Shown piece after piece: positions 1 through 8,851 of a stretch of DNA of 64,000 nucleotides (its first letter is position 1; every line of letters begins with the position of its first letter). The stretch covers positions 536-64,535 of the forward strand of contig JAMDAS010000002.1 of assembly GCA_023484085.1 (NCBI GenBank), in the 5' to 3' direction. The position numbers and the translations under genes are program-made. The stretch is from Candidatus Omnitrophota bacterium. GTDB lineage: Bacteria; Ratteibacteria; UBA8468; B48-G9; DTJG01. The notes under the pieces were generated by a model that was not told the DNA's origin, made no database searches, and was given only the letters and a program-made list of their open reading frames with translations.

Positions 1-285
1 TGATTTGATGAGCACTGGTATTTATAGCATGTGTTTTGAAATCCCAGGGTATCTCGGCAAATCCATCAAATTCTACATTTCCATACTTCCTGGAATTTTT
101 ATAATATCAGGTAAACCTTGTTCACAGAGAAACTGAAAGAAAAAACCAATCCACTCCATTTGACGCCATTGAGAATAATCGGATTTTTTCATCTTCAGTA
201 TTGATTCTCGTCCATCCCAATGTTTTGAAACAACCCCCTTGAGAATTCCCCCCATCTTTTGTGCTATAATCAATAAACTATCCAT
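1..285 (-). pseudogene. Putative type II restriction endonuclease partner of the adjacent methyltransferase; apparently frameshifted and runs off the window start
   Basis: The 70-aa ORF 73..285 ends at TAG (75..73). A second minus-strand frame is open from ~112 to base 1 (YYKNSRKYGNVEFDGFAEIPWDFKTHAINTSAHQI) and holds a D..DFK PD-(D/E)xK-like motif. The two frames overlap around a T5 run at 96-100. Only 3 nt separate this gene from the MTase gene. Confidence 0.4.
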
Positions 286-288
286 ATT

Positions 289-1107
289 TTATCGGTCAAA
301 AAGTACAGGTTGTCCTATTTCTGAAAATGCTGTTTCATTGCTTTTGATGCGATACTTACCGTTTTCAAGTCGTTCTTTTGCAAATTCATAATATTCTTTA
401 ACAATCTCAAATCCGATATATCTACGATGCATTTGTTTACAAACAACAACTACTTGTCCCGAACCAAGAAAAGGGTCAAGAATGGCATCATTTTCTTCAG
501 AAGTATATTGAAGAATTTTTTTAATTATTTCTGCCGGAAGTTTTGTGGGTGTTTTTTGGTCTCCGCTCCAATATTCTCGCTTAATAAACCACACGTCTTC
601 TTTATCTTCATAATGGAAACTGCCACCATTTGTTTTCCGTTCATTTTTTTTGAATCTTACATATGGAAAAAATTTTCGTTTTGCATCATTTTTACAGACA
701 TAAAGACAATGATAATGTGATGTAACAAATTTTCGTTTCGTCACAACTCCAAATTGATATTTCCAGATAATATGATTAACAGTAATAAAACCAAGTATAT
801 CCAGGGTATTCAAAATATCTTTTAAATTATTCCATCCTGAAAAAACAAACATACTTCCAGAATCTTTGAGAACCCTGTAAACTTGTTTCATCCATTGTAA
901 AGAAAAGTCATAATATCGGTTTGCAGAAATCTCATTATATCCTGTAAGAACACGCCCTGCTATTCTGTTGTAATTGCTGCGTTTGGGGCTGAAATCTATT
1001 GCAAAAGGCGGGTCGGTAATTACCAAATCAATTGAACCATCAGATATTTTTCTCATTCCTGCTATACAGTCTTCATTATAAATTATGTTAGTCTGTAAAG
1101 AATTCAT
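289..1107 (-). CDS. DNA methyltransferase, beta-class N6-adenine/N4-cytosine type
   Basis: 272-aa ORF. Catalytic motif DPPF (VITDPPFAIDF) lies N-terminal and SAM-binding LDPFLGSGQ lies C-terminal, the typical permuted N4/N6 MTase order. Confidence 0.85.
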   Translation of the reverse strand: MNSLQTNIIYNEDCIAGMRKISDGSIDLVITDPPFAIDFSPKRSNYNRIAGRVLTGYNEISANRYYDFSLQWMKQVYRVLKDSGSMFVFSGWNNLKDILNTLDILGFITVNHIIWKYQFGVVTKRKFVTSHYHCLYVCKNDAKRKFFPYVRFKKNERKTNGGSFHYEDKEDVWFIKREYWSGDQKTPTKLPAEIIKKILQYTSEENDAILDPFLGSGQVVVVCKQMHRRYIGFEIVKEYYEFAKERLENGKYRIKSNETAFSEIGQPVLFDR

Positions 1108-1185
1108 ATTATATTTATTATATAACTACAAATAAGAAGTCGCAAGGAAATATAATTTTAGATTTTATTTATAAAATTCTTATGG

Positions 1186-1245
1186 GTGATGAGCGACGAG
1201 TGAAAACCCATGGTTCAAACCCGTCTTCATAGAAGAACTACAAGT
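1186..1245 (-). repeat. Truncated third tRNA-Asp-linked module (B-type left end) abutting the R-M genes
   Basis: Minus strand reads ACTTGTAGTTCTTCTATGAAGACGGGTTTGAACCATGGGTTTTCACTCGTCG. This parallels the start of the B module (ATTAGCAATTTTCTTTGAAGACGGGTTTGAACCCCTTGGGGTTCACCACGACG), then diverges into the MTase upstream region. Confidence 0.5.
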
Positions 1246-1376
1246 CGGGGCCGACGGGATTTGGCGCCCCTCGTTCTCACTACACTCGGGGTCGGCCATT
1301 CGCTGAAATTGTTACGCCCGCTCACAATTTCTTACTTCGCTCTATTCAATTCCCGTCTTCACAGAAAATTGCTAAT
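1246..1376 (-). repeat. tRNA-linked module, family A (Asp locus): trailer, conserved core and terminal copy of the tRNA-Asp 3' end
   Basis: 1246-1263 repeats CGGGGCCGACGGGATTTG, the 3' end of tRNA-Asp from the T-loop onward. The core at 1264-1376 closely matches 8740-8851 and 8871-8981 (GAGCGAAGTAAGA..hairpin..CAGCGNATGGCCGACCCCGAGTGTAGTGNGAACGAGGGGCGC on the minus strand). Confidence 0.8.
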
Positions 1377-1527
1377 CGGGGCCGACGGGATTATGCTATA
1401 ACTATTCAAGATGCACTATTGACGCATATACTCCTCAACTTTGGAAAGTATACTATCTGTATAGCATAAACAATCGTCGTGGTGAACCCCAAGGGGTTCA
1501 AACCCGTCTTCAAAGAAAATTGCTAAT
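1377..1527 (-). repeat. tRNA-linked module, family B (Asp locus): trailer, core and terminal copy of the tRNA-Asp 3' end
   Basis: 1377-1392 repeats CGGGGCCGACGGGATT. The core at 1393-1527 aligns with the Ser-locus module 45047-45179. Shared blocks are TAGCAAT, TTGAACC, GGGTTCACCACNACG, CTTTCCAAAG and GCGTCAATNGTGCATCTTGNATNGTTNTAGCA. Confidence 0.8.
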
Positions 1528-1601
1528 CGGGGCCGACGGGATTTGAACCCGCGATCTTCGGATCGACAATCCGACATGTTAAACCGCTGCACCACGGCCC
1601 C
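1528..1601 (-). tRNA. tRNA-Asp (GTC)
   Basis: 74-nt cloverleaf on the minus strand. Acceptor GGGGCCG/CGGCCCC, anticodon stem TCGGA/TCCGA with loop TTGTCGA, T arm GCGGG-TTCAAAT-CCCGT, discriminator G. No CCA is encoded. Confidence 0.9.
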
Positions 1602-1621
1602 TGTAGTTTTATCGGAATTTA

Positions 1622-2470
1622 TCAGGTATATACCATACTTTCAAGTCTCTTTATTCTTTCTTCTGTAGGTGGATGTGTGGCAAATAAAGATAACATCTTT
1701 TTCCCTGAAAAAGGATTCATGATAAAAAGATGGGTTGTCGCAGGATTTGCATTATTCATCGGGTCTCTTGCTATACCATGGGATATTTTTCTCAAGGCAT
1801 TTGCAAGGAATAGCGGATTCCCACAAAATCCTGCTCCTGTCTCATCGGCTAAGTACTCCCTGTTTCTTGAAATTGCAAGCTGAATCATTGTTGCTGACAG
1901 TGGAAGAAGGATTCCCAATATGATGAAAGATACAATGTTATCCTCATCATTTCTGCCTCCGCCTAATCCTCCAAATATTGCGCCCCACCTTACCATAAAT
2001 CCTATCATTGAAATAGCACTTGCAATCGTTGCCGCTATTGTCGCAATTAAAATATCCCTGTTTTTTACGTGAGATAGTTCATGCCCGATTACACCCTTTA
2101 ATTCCTCTTTGTTCAAAAGGTCCAAAATCCCCTGTGTAAATGCTATTGAAGCATGCTGCGGGTCTCTCCCTGTTGCAAAAGCATTAGGACTGTCATTTGG
2201 AATTATATAAACCTTTGGCTTTGGTATACCGGCAACAGATGCCACTTCACCAACAAGACTGTGCAGACCGGGGGCATCCTTTTCCGAGACTTCCTGTGCC
2301 CGGCTCATCTTAAGTATAAGTTTATCCCCCTTAAAGTAAGAAAAAGCATTCATCGCTACAGCAAAGATAAACGCAAGGATAATTCCATGTTCCCCCCAAA
2401 AACTACCAATCCATACCAATAAAACTGAAAGAACCCCCAATAAAAATACTGTTTTAAATTTTGCACCCAT
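1622..2470 (-). CDS. htpX: Zinc metalloprotease HtpX (M48 family)
   Basis: 282 aa with N-terminal TM helices, an HELSH zinc motif (GHELSHVKNRD) and further TM helices, which is the HtpX layout. Confidence 0.9.
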   Translation of the reverse strand: MGAKFKTVFLLGVLSVLLVWIGSFWGEHGIILAFIFAVAMNAFSYFKGDKLILKMSRAQEVSEKDAPGLHSLVGEVASVAGIPKPKVYIIPNDSPNAFATGRDPQHASIAFTQGILDLLNKEELKGVIGHELSHVKNRDILIATIAATIASAISMIGFMVRWGAIFGGLGGGRNDEDNIVSFIILGILLPLSATMIQLAISRNREYLADETGAGFCGNPLFLANALRKISHGIARDPMNNANPATTHLFIMNPFSGKKMLSLFATHPPTEERIKRLESMVYT

Positions 2471-2547
2471 ATTATTTCTCCCGATATATTATATTTTTTC
2501 ACTTTTTTATAATAAAATATTATATCATAAATCAAGGAAGCATGCTA

Positions 2548-3936
2548 ATGAATAAAATGAAAAATGACACTATCTGCGCTATTTCAACACCGCTGGGTAT
2601 AGGTGGAATCGGACTCATAAGACTAAGCGGCCCGGATACTTACAGGATTATCAAAAAAATTTTCATGTCAAAAAATGAAAAAATCCCTGTGAGCAAATGG
2701 AAAAGCCATACAGTAAGATATGGTTATATTGTTGATAATGAGAAAATCGTTGATGAGGTTCTTATTACGATAATGAGAAAACCAAAAAGTTACACCAGGG
2801 AGGATATGGCTGAAATCGGGTGCCATGGAGGACTTGCAGCAATGAAAAGCGTGTTAAACCTTTGCCTCTCCAGAGGAGCACGGCTTGCAAGTCCGGGTGA
2901 ATTTACCAAAAGGGCTTTTCTAAATGGAAGGATTGATATAGCACAGGCAGAAAGCGTTATGAATATTATTCTTTCACAAACAGAAAAATCTCTTGAAGTT
3001 TCAATAAAACAATTAAAAGGGTCCCTGTCAGAAAAAATACAAAAACTGAGAGACGGAATCTTTAAACTACTTGTTCAATTAGAAACCCTCATAGATTTTT
3101 CTGAAGAGCATGTGGTTGAAGAAATAAAACCTGACATAGAGGGGACTATTGAAAAAACATGCAATAATATAGAGAATATTTTAAAATCCGGTCAAACCGG
3201 GAAAATATTTACTGAAGGAATAAAAGCTGCAATCGTAGGGAAACCAAACGTTGGCAAGTCAAGCCTTCTTAATATCCTTACCGAGGACGAAAAAGCCCTT
3301 GTTTCAGAGATACCCGGGACAACAAGAGATGCAATAGAATCCATTATCTCCATAAAAGGGATCCCTTTAAAAATTATAGATACAGCAGGTATAAGAAAAC
3401 CTGAAGGGAAAATTGAAGTAATGGGCGTGGACAAAGCCAGGCTATGGATGGAAAAGGCTGAAATTGTTTTATTGCTCCTTGATGGAAGCCAGACTCTGGA
3501 CAGCCTTGATATGGACCTCCTTGAACGTTCCGGGGAAAAAAGACGCATTCTTGTTATAAACAAGATTGACCTCCCGCTCAAAATTGATGAAAAACGCCTT
3601 GAAAAATTTGCAGATAACAAAGAAGTGGTAAAAATATCTGCAGCCACGGGTCATGGAATAAGTATGTTGTATGAGAAAATATACGAATTAATTGAAAGCG
3701 GTGCAGGTACCCTTAAAGAACCTGAATTTTTTTTAAACCTGCGTCAGGAGACAATACTTAAAAATGTCTTACAGAACCTTACAGAAGCAAAAAAAGCCGT
3801 CAATAAAAATCTTTCCCTTGACATCATCGCAGAGCAAATAAAATTTTGTTTATGGGACATGGATAACATTACGGGTAAAAACTTATCAGATGAAATCATT
3901 GACTCAATATTTGATAAGTTTTGTATAGGTAAATAA
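2548..3936 (+). CDS. mnmE: tRNA modification GTPase MnmE/TrmE
   Basis: N-terminal DTICAISTP..GGIGLIRLSG, G domain GKPNVGKSSLLN and DTAG, C-terminal CIGK tetrapeptide. The start is moved to ATG 2548, which follows the RBS AAGGAAG; the ORF track starts at 2461. Confidence 0.92.
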   Translation: MNKMKNDTICAISTPLGIGGIGLIRLSGPDTYRIIKKIFMSKNEKIPVSKWKSHTVRYGYIVDNEKIVDEVLITIMRKPKSYTREDMAEIGCHGGLAAMKSVLNLCLSRGARLASPGEFTKRAFLNGRIDIAQAESVMNIILSQTEKSLEVSIKQLKGSLSEKIQKLRDGIFKLLVQLETLIDFSEEHVVEEIKPDIEGTIEKTCNNIENILKSGQTGKIFTEGIKAAIVGKPNVGKSSLLNILTEDEKALVSEIPGTTRDAIESIISIKGIPLKIIDTAGIRKPEGKIEVMGVDKARLWMEKAEIVLLLLDGSQTLDSLDMDLLERSGEKRRILVINKIDLPLKIDEKRLEKFADNKEVVKISAATGHGISMLYEKIYELIESGAGTLKEPEFFLNLRQETILKNVLQNLTEAKKAVNKNLSLDIIAEQIKFCLWDMDNITGKNLSDEIIDSIFDKFCIGK

Positions 3937-4087
3937 TAACCCCCCATAAAAATTGAGGAAAATTGACCCCAAAATAGAAAGCATGGTATTCTTTATACAG
4001 GTTCACCCTGATATATCTTCTCTGAAGTAAATGAATTAAATTAAGGAATATTTACTTTATGTGCAGGATTTAGATACAGGAGGAGGG

Positions 4088-6103
4088 ATGGCTACTTTTA
4101 ATATTGGAATTTTTGGACACAGTAAATCCGGAAAAACAATTTTAGGGGAGGCTATTTTATTTAAGGCTGCTGTTATAGACAGAATGGGTGGCATTAACCA
4201 GGGTAATACCCTGCTTGATTATGAAGAGGAAGAGAAAAAGAGGCTGATGAGTATAAATCTTGCCACAGCATATTTCAACTGGAAAAAGAATCTTTGTTTC
4301 CTTGTTGATAGTCCAGGGTATATGGATTTTATCGGTGAACAGATTTCTGCCTCTTATGCCATTGACCTTGGTATTATTAATATTGCTTCTGATAGCGGGA
4401 TAGAGGTGGGAACGGAAAAATCTTATGAAATACTAAAAAAACAGGGTATACCTCTGATTATTTTTTTAAATAAGATTGACGCAGAACAGGCAGATTTTAA
4501 AAACATATCCAAACAGGTATCTGAGTGGCTGGGGAAAAAAACCATTCTTATTACCTACCCGGGAATAAATGCTCAAAAGATTGAGAAAGTTATAAACGTT
4601 GCTGATGATAAACAGCCTCTTCCGGAAATATCGGAATACAGACAAAATTTTTTAGACTCTATTGCAGAACTTGATGATTCTTTAATGGAAAAATATCTTG
4701 GCGGGGGTAATATTACACAGGAAGAAATGGCAAAAGTTTTAAAAACAGGGATTACCAACGGTAATCTAATCCCTGTTTTTTCAGGTTCAGGGGCTAACCA
4801 GTCAGGGATAGAAGAACTCCTTGATTTTATCGTTGAATTTTGTCCGGATACCTCTTGTTTACCACCTGCAAAAGAAAAAACACCTGATGGTAAAGATGTT
4901 TTATTGGAAAGGAAGGGACAGGAACATCTTTCAGGTATTGTATTTAAAACACATTTTGACACCCTTATGGGCAGAATTTCCTATCTCAGGGTTATATCAG
5001 GCACACTTTCTGCAAACTCAAATTTTTATAATGGTACAAAGGGGGTAAAAGACCGGATTGGACAGATTTTTCGTATGAAAGGTAAAAAGCAGGAGATTGT
5101 GGCAGAAGCTGTGGCAGGAGAAATAGTGGGTGTTACCAAACTAAATGGTTTTGGCACTTTTGATACGTTTTCCGATGCGTCTTTCCCTGCTATTTATGAA
5201 AAGCCGGAAATTCCGGAAAGCTCCCTGTCTTTTTCTATCACTCCAAAGATAAAAGGTACGGAAGATAAATTAGGCAATGCAATATCAAAAATTATGGAAG
5301 AGGACCTGACGCTAAAAATTTCCAGGGATAATGAAACAGGAGAAACGATAATGTCCGGGATGGGGGACGTTCATCTTGAAATTTCCTTAGCCAAGTTTAA
5401 GGAGAAATTTGGAGTGGAGGTTCTACGGGGAATACCAAAGATTGCATACAAGGAAACGATTACTGTCTCCACCGAGGCAGAAGGAAAATTTAAAAGACAG
5501 ACAGGAGGACATGGCCAGTATGGACATTGTTTTATAAGATTAGAGCCTTTATCCAGGGGGAAAGGATTTGAATTTGTTGACAAGATTGTGGGTGGTGCCA
5601 TTCCGAGACAGTACATTCCATCCGTAGAAAAAGGATTAAAAGAAGCAATAAAAAAAGGAACCCTTGCCGGGTATCCGGTCGTAGATGTTAAAGCAACGGT
5701 TTTTGACGGGTCTTATCACGTCGTTGATTCCTCTGACATTGCCTTTCAGATAGCGGCTTCTCTTGCTTTTCAGAAAGGTATGCAGTCATCAAGGCCGGTT
5801 ATCCTTGAACCGATAATGAACGTGGAAATAAACATACCCCAGGAATTTGTAGGAGACGTCATAGGAATAGTCAATGCAAAAAGAGGACGGGTACTGGAGA
5901 TGATTACCCATAGTAACAGCCAGCTCGTAAAAGCGCAAATACCTCTTGCTGAAATGTCAAACTATGCAACAGAATTAAGGTCTCTTACGAGTGGAAGAGG
6001 TTCTTATAGCATGACGTTTGCACATTACGAGGAAGTTCCATCATATCTTGCTGAAAAAATAGTATCAGTCAGAAAAACAGAAAAGGAGGCGGAAAAAACT
6101 TAA
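4088..6103 (+). CDS. Elongation factor G family GTPase (EF-G paralogue with divergent G1)
   Basis: G1 GHSKSGKT, G3 DSPGYMDF, G4 NKID, and the domain IV motif GGHGQYGHC, with an EF-G-like C-terminus. The start is at ATG 4088 after AGGAGG. Confidence 0.85.
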   Translation: MATFNIGIFGHSKSGKTILGEAILFKAAVIDRMGGINQGNTLLDYEEEEKKRLMSINLATAYFNWKKNLCFLVDSPGYMDFIGEQISASYAIDLGIINIASDSGIEVGTEKSYEILKKQGIPLIIFLNKIDAEQADFKNISKQVSEWLGKKTILITYPGINAQKIEKVINVADDKQPLPEISEYRQNFLDSIAELDDSLMEKYLGGGNITQEEMAKVLKTGITNGNLIPVFSGSGANQSGIEELLDFIVEFCPDTSCLPPAKEKTPDGKDVLLERKGQEHLSGIVFKTHFDTLMGRISYLRVISGTLSANSNFYNGTKGVKDRIGQIFRMKGKKQEIVAEAVAGEIVGVTKLNGFGTFDTFSDASFPAIYEKPEIPESSLSFSITPKIKGTEDKLGNAISKIMEEDLTLKISRDNETGETIMSGMGDVHLEISLAKFKEKFGVEVLRGIPKIAYKETITVSTEAEGKFKRQTGGHGQYGHCFIRLEPLSRGKGFEFVDKIVGGAIPRQYIPSVEKGLKEAIKKGTLAGYPVVDVKATVFDGSYHVVDSSDIAFQIAASLAFQKGMQSSRPVILEPIMNVEINIPQEFVGDVIGIVNAKRGRVLEMITHSNSQLVKAQIPLAEMSNYATELRSLTSGRGSYSMTFAHYEEVPSYLAEKIVSVRKTEKEAEKT

Positions 6104-6630
6104 TGGTAAAAGTCAAAGTTTATGGTCTTGCCCTTAATCTTAATACAAATGTCCCTATAGTCATATTAAAAGACCGTAATAATTCTATATTACCGATTGT
6201 TATAGGAATCTTTGAAGCGCAGGCTATTTTTTTAGCTCTTGAAAAAACAGATTTTTTCAGGCCCCTGACGCATGACCTGTTCAAAAAAGTTATTGATGCT
6301 ATGGGAGGTAATGTGTTGAAACTTGAAATATATGCTTTAAAGGACAATACGTATTTTGCTTTTCTGATTATTAAATTAAATAATAAAACACTAAGAATTG
6401 ATTGCAGGCCAAGTGATGGCATTGCTATTGCTCTTAGAGCGGATGCAGCCATATATGCATCAGAACAAATTCTTGAACCATCGGACATTATAAGTTATTA
6501 TGAAGGGGAGGAATTCATAAATTCAAAAAGATTTGATAAACCCATTAATAAAAAGGAAGCGAAAGAATTTAAAAATATTCTTGATAAAATGACTGCTCAG
6601 AATTTTTGGAAAGAATTAAATACAAAATAA
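6103..6630 (+). CDS. Bifunctional nuclease (BFN/DUF151) domain protein
   Basis: Family-typical pattern: LPIVIGIFEAQAI...RPLTHDL...FYAFLII...IDCRPSDGIAIALR. Confidence 0.75.
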   Translation: MVKVKVYGLALNLNTNVPIVILKDRNNSILPIVIGIFEAQAIFLALEKTDFFRPLTHDLFKKVIDAMGGNVLKLEIYALKDNTYFAFLIIKLNNKTLRIDCRPSDGIAIALRADAAIYASEQILEPSDIISYYEGEEFINSKRFDKPINKKEAKEFKNILDKMTAQNFWKELNTK

Positions 6631-6643
6631 GGAGGCGTTTGAT

Positions 6644-7393
6644 ATGTCAGGACATTCTAAATGGGCAAGTATAAAACATAAAAAGATGGCAACAGATGCA
6701 AAAAAGGGTAAATTTTTTACAAAAATCATCCGGGAAATTATGCTTGCTGCAAAAGTTGGCGGTAATAACCCTGATAACAACCCGAGACTGCGGATTGCCA
6801 TTGAACATGCAAGAGCAATAAACATGCCCAACGATAACATACAGCGGGCGATTAAAAAGGGAACAGGGGAAGAAGGTGTAATGGCTCTGGAATCCACGAC
6901 TTATGAAGGGTATGGACCGGGAGGCGTTGCAATTCTTGTAGACGTAATGACTGATAATAAAAGAAGAACCGCTGCAGAAATCCGTTCAATATTTACAAGG
7001 CATAATGCAGGTATGGGGGAATCAGGTTGTGTTTCCTGGATGTTTGAAAGAAAAGGAATAATCAACGTAAAAAAAGATATAATTGATGAAGAAAAACTGA
7101 TGGCGGTTGTTCTTGATGCAGGAGCAGAGGATTTACAGTCTGATGGGGAGTCGTATGAAATAGTCACATCTCCTGAAAACTTTGAAAACATAAAAAAGTC
7201 CCTGGAGCAAAATAATGTTGCCATTGAAACTGCAAACGTTACTTTAAATCCAAAAAACAACGTAAAAGTGGAAGGCAGGGATGCAGAACATCTTTTAAAA
7301 TTACTTGATGAATTAGAAGAATATGAAGACGTCCAAAACGTTTATTCAAATTTTGACATTTCAGATGAATTGATAGAAGCCGTATCCATTTAG
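6644..7393 (+). CDS. yebC: YebC/PmpR family DNA-binding regulator
   Basis: MSGHSKWASIKHKK N-terminus, NPRLR motif and YEGYGPGGVA; the gene lies upstream of ruvC, as is typical. Confidence 0.93.
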   Translation: MSGHSKWASIKHKKMATDAKKGKFFTKIIREIMLAAKVGGNNPDNNPRLRIAIEHARAINMPNDNIQRAIKKGTGEEGVMALESTTYEGYGPGGVAILVDVMTDNKRRTAAEIRSIFTRHNAGMGESGCVSWMFERKGIINVKKDIIDEEKLMAVVLDAGAEDLQSDGESYEIVTSPENFENIKKSLEQNNVAIETANVTLNPKNNVKVEGRDAEHLLKLLDELEEYEDVQNVYSNFDISDELIEAVSI

Positions 7394-7398
7394 ACAAA

Positions 7399-7893
7399 GT
7401 GATTATACTTGGAATAGACCCTGGATTAAACCATTTTGGTTTCGGGCTCATTGAATGGGAAAAAAATAAAATTATTCCTGTAAAATACGGGCAGCAAAAA
7501 ATATCAGGAAAATATAAATTTGAAGAAAAACTTGCCTTTATTCAAAAAAATATTTCTTCAATTCTTGATACGTATAACCCTGATGTTGTAGTCGTAGAAA
7601 AAATTTACGTTGCAAAAAATCCACAGATTGCTCTTGATATCGGTATTGTTACAGGAATAGTTATAGGAGTTAGTCTGTCAAAAGACAAAAAAATATTCTT
7701 ACTTTCTCCCCTGGAGATAAAAAAGGAAGTAACGGGAATAGGTCAGGCAGGCAAACAACAGGTAAGTTTTATGATAAGTAAAATCCTTAACCTGGATAAA
7801 GAACCTGATGAAGATGCCAGTGATGCACTTGCTACTGCATTTTGTTATATAACGCAACAGAAATTCAACAGATTGATAGAAAAAACTGTTTAA
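7399..7893 (+). CDS. ruvC: Holliday junction resolvase RuvC
   Basis: ILGIDPGLNHFGFG N-terminus (RNase H-like), 164 aa, C-terminal acidic DASDALA motif. GTG start. Confidence 0.88.
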   Translation: MIILGIDPGLNHFGFGLIEWEKNKIIPVKYGQQKISGKYKFEEKLAFIQKNISSILDTYNPDVVVVEKIYVAKNPQIALDIGIVTGIVIGVSLSKDKKIFLLSPLEIKKEVTGIGQAGKQQVSFMISKILNLDKEPDEDASDALATAFCYITQQKFNRLIEKTV

Positions 7894-7904
7894 GAGGAGA
7901 TTCC

Positions 7905-8618
7905 ATGAAAAATATTTTAAAAAAATGGTTATGGTCAGGGATAGGAGCAGGTATGTTTATGTTTGCGATAGCACAGCCTTGTTTTGCATCAGTGACAGGT
8001 CTTGATAGAAGAATAACAAGGGCAAAAACATACCTTGACGACATCAACATGGCACCTGATAGAGGAATCCCTGCAACGTTGTTAAGTGACTGCAAGGGTA
8101 TTATTTTTATGAGGGTGTATAATGCAGGCTTTGTTTTTGGAATTAAAGGAGGATATGGAATTGTGCTTGTAAAGAACCAGAGAACAAAAGAATGGAGTGC
8201 ACCGGCATTTCTTAATTATGCAGGAGCAAGCTTTGGAGCACAGATAGGGCTACAGGAGATAGATGCAATTTTTCTTATAATGAACCAAAAGGGCATTGAC
8301 ATGCTCATGAAAACAAAATTTACGATAGGAGTTGATGCTTCAGCTGCAGCCGGCCCGTTAGGCAGGGATTTTGCCGGCTCTATCGGCCCGGGGACGGCAA
8401 TTTTAGTATATTCCCGTGCCAAGGGATTATATGCTGGTGCGACTTTTGCCGGTGCTGCATTTGTAAATGATAATGCAGATAACCATGAATTTTACAATAA
8501 CAATGAGATTACAACCCGGGATATTCTTTTCAGGGGAGCCGTTCCTGTCCCACAGGCGGCAATTCCTTTGATAAATGACATAGAAAAATATTCCAAAGAA
8601 TATTCAACGTCTAAATAA
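7905..8618 (+). CDS. Secreted SYLF (Ysc84/DUF500) lipid-binding domain protein
   Basis: Signal peptide followed by a glycine-rich SYLF pattern (GGYGIVLV, GASFGAQIG, YSRAKGLYAGATFAG). The start is at ATG 7905 after AAGAGGAG. Confidence 0.7.
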   Translation: MKNILKKWLWSGIGAGMFMFAIAQPCFASVTGLDRRITRAKTYLDDINMAPDRGIPATLLSDCKGIIFMRVYNAGFVFGIKGGYGIVLVKNQRTKEWSAPAFLNYAGASFGAQIGLQEIDAIFLIMNQKGIDMLMKTKFTIGVDASAAAGPLGRDFAGSIGPGTAILVYSRAKGLYAGATFAGAAFVNDNADNHEFYNNNEITTRDILFRGAVPVPQAAIPLINDIEKYSKEYSTSK

Positions 8619-8627
8619 CGTCAATCT

Positions 8628-8699
8628 GGACCCGTAGCTCAGCGGCAGAGCACCGGACTCATAATCCGTTGGTTGCAGGTTCGAATCCTGCCGGGTCCA
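8628..8699 (+). tRNA. tRNA with CAT anticodon (elongator Met, or Ile2 if lysidinylated)
   Basis: 72-nt cloverleaf. Acceptor GGACCCG/CGGGTCC, anticodon loop CTCATAA, T arm GCAGG-TTCGAAT-CCTGC. The G1-C72 pair argues against an initiator. tilS is present in this window, so Ile2 is possible. Confidence 0.85.
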
Positions 8700-8715
8700 A
8701 CTTCAATAATTCTTC

Positions 8716-8851
8716 TGTGAGAGACAGGATTTGAATATAGCGCCCCTCGTTCCCACTACACTCGGGGTCGGCCATCCGCTGAGGATTACTACGTTCACTC
8801 GCAATCCTCTTACTTCGCTCCAGTTCAACTCCCCTTAGAATAGATTTGCAA
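8716..8851 (-). repeat. tRNA-linked module, family A (distal copy, Met/Leu intergenic)
   Basis: The core at 8740-8851 is nearly identical to 8871-8981 (period 131 bp, one 1-nt indel). Its outer end, TATATTCAAATCCTGTCTCTCACA (minus strand), is tRNA 3'-end-like and is also the trailer of the converging tRNA-CAT. Confidence 0.8.

Noticed and set aside
1246-1527. Idea that the modules are tmRNA-like or complete pseudo-tRNAs, because they end in a tRNA acceptor/T-arm 3' strand.
   Set aside because: Only the 3' 16-19 nt of the tRNA is copied. There is no complete T arm, D arm or anticodon arm, no resume codon or tag ORF, and no encoded CCA.
8770-8815. CTGAGGA (CUGANGA-like) next to a hairpin on the plus strand of the Leu-locus A module, suggesting a hammerhead ribozyme.
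   Set aside because: The corresponding position in the Asp-locus copy reads CTGAAAT. No GAAA or cleavage-site context is conserved, so the match is coincidental.
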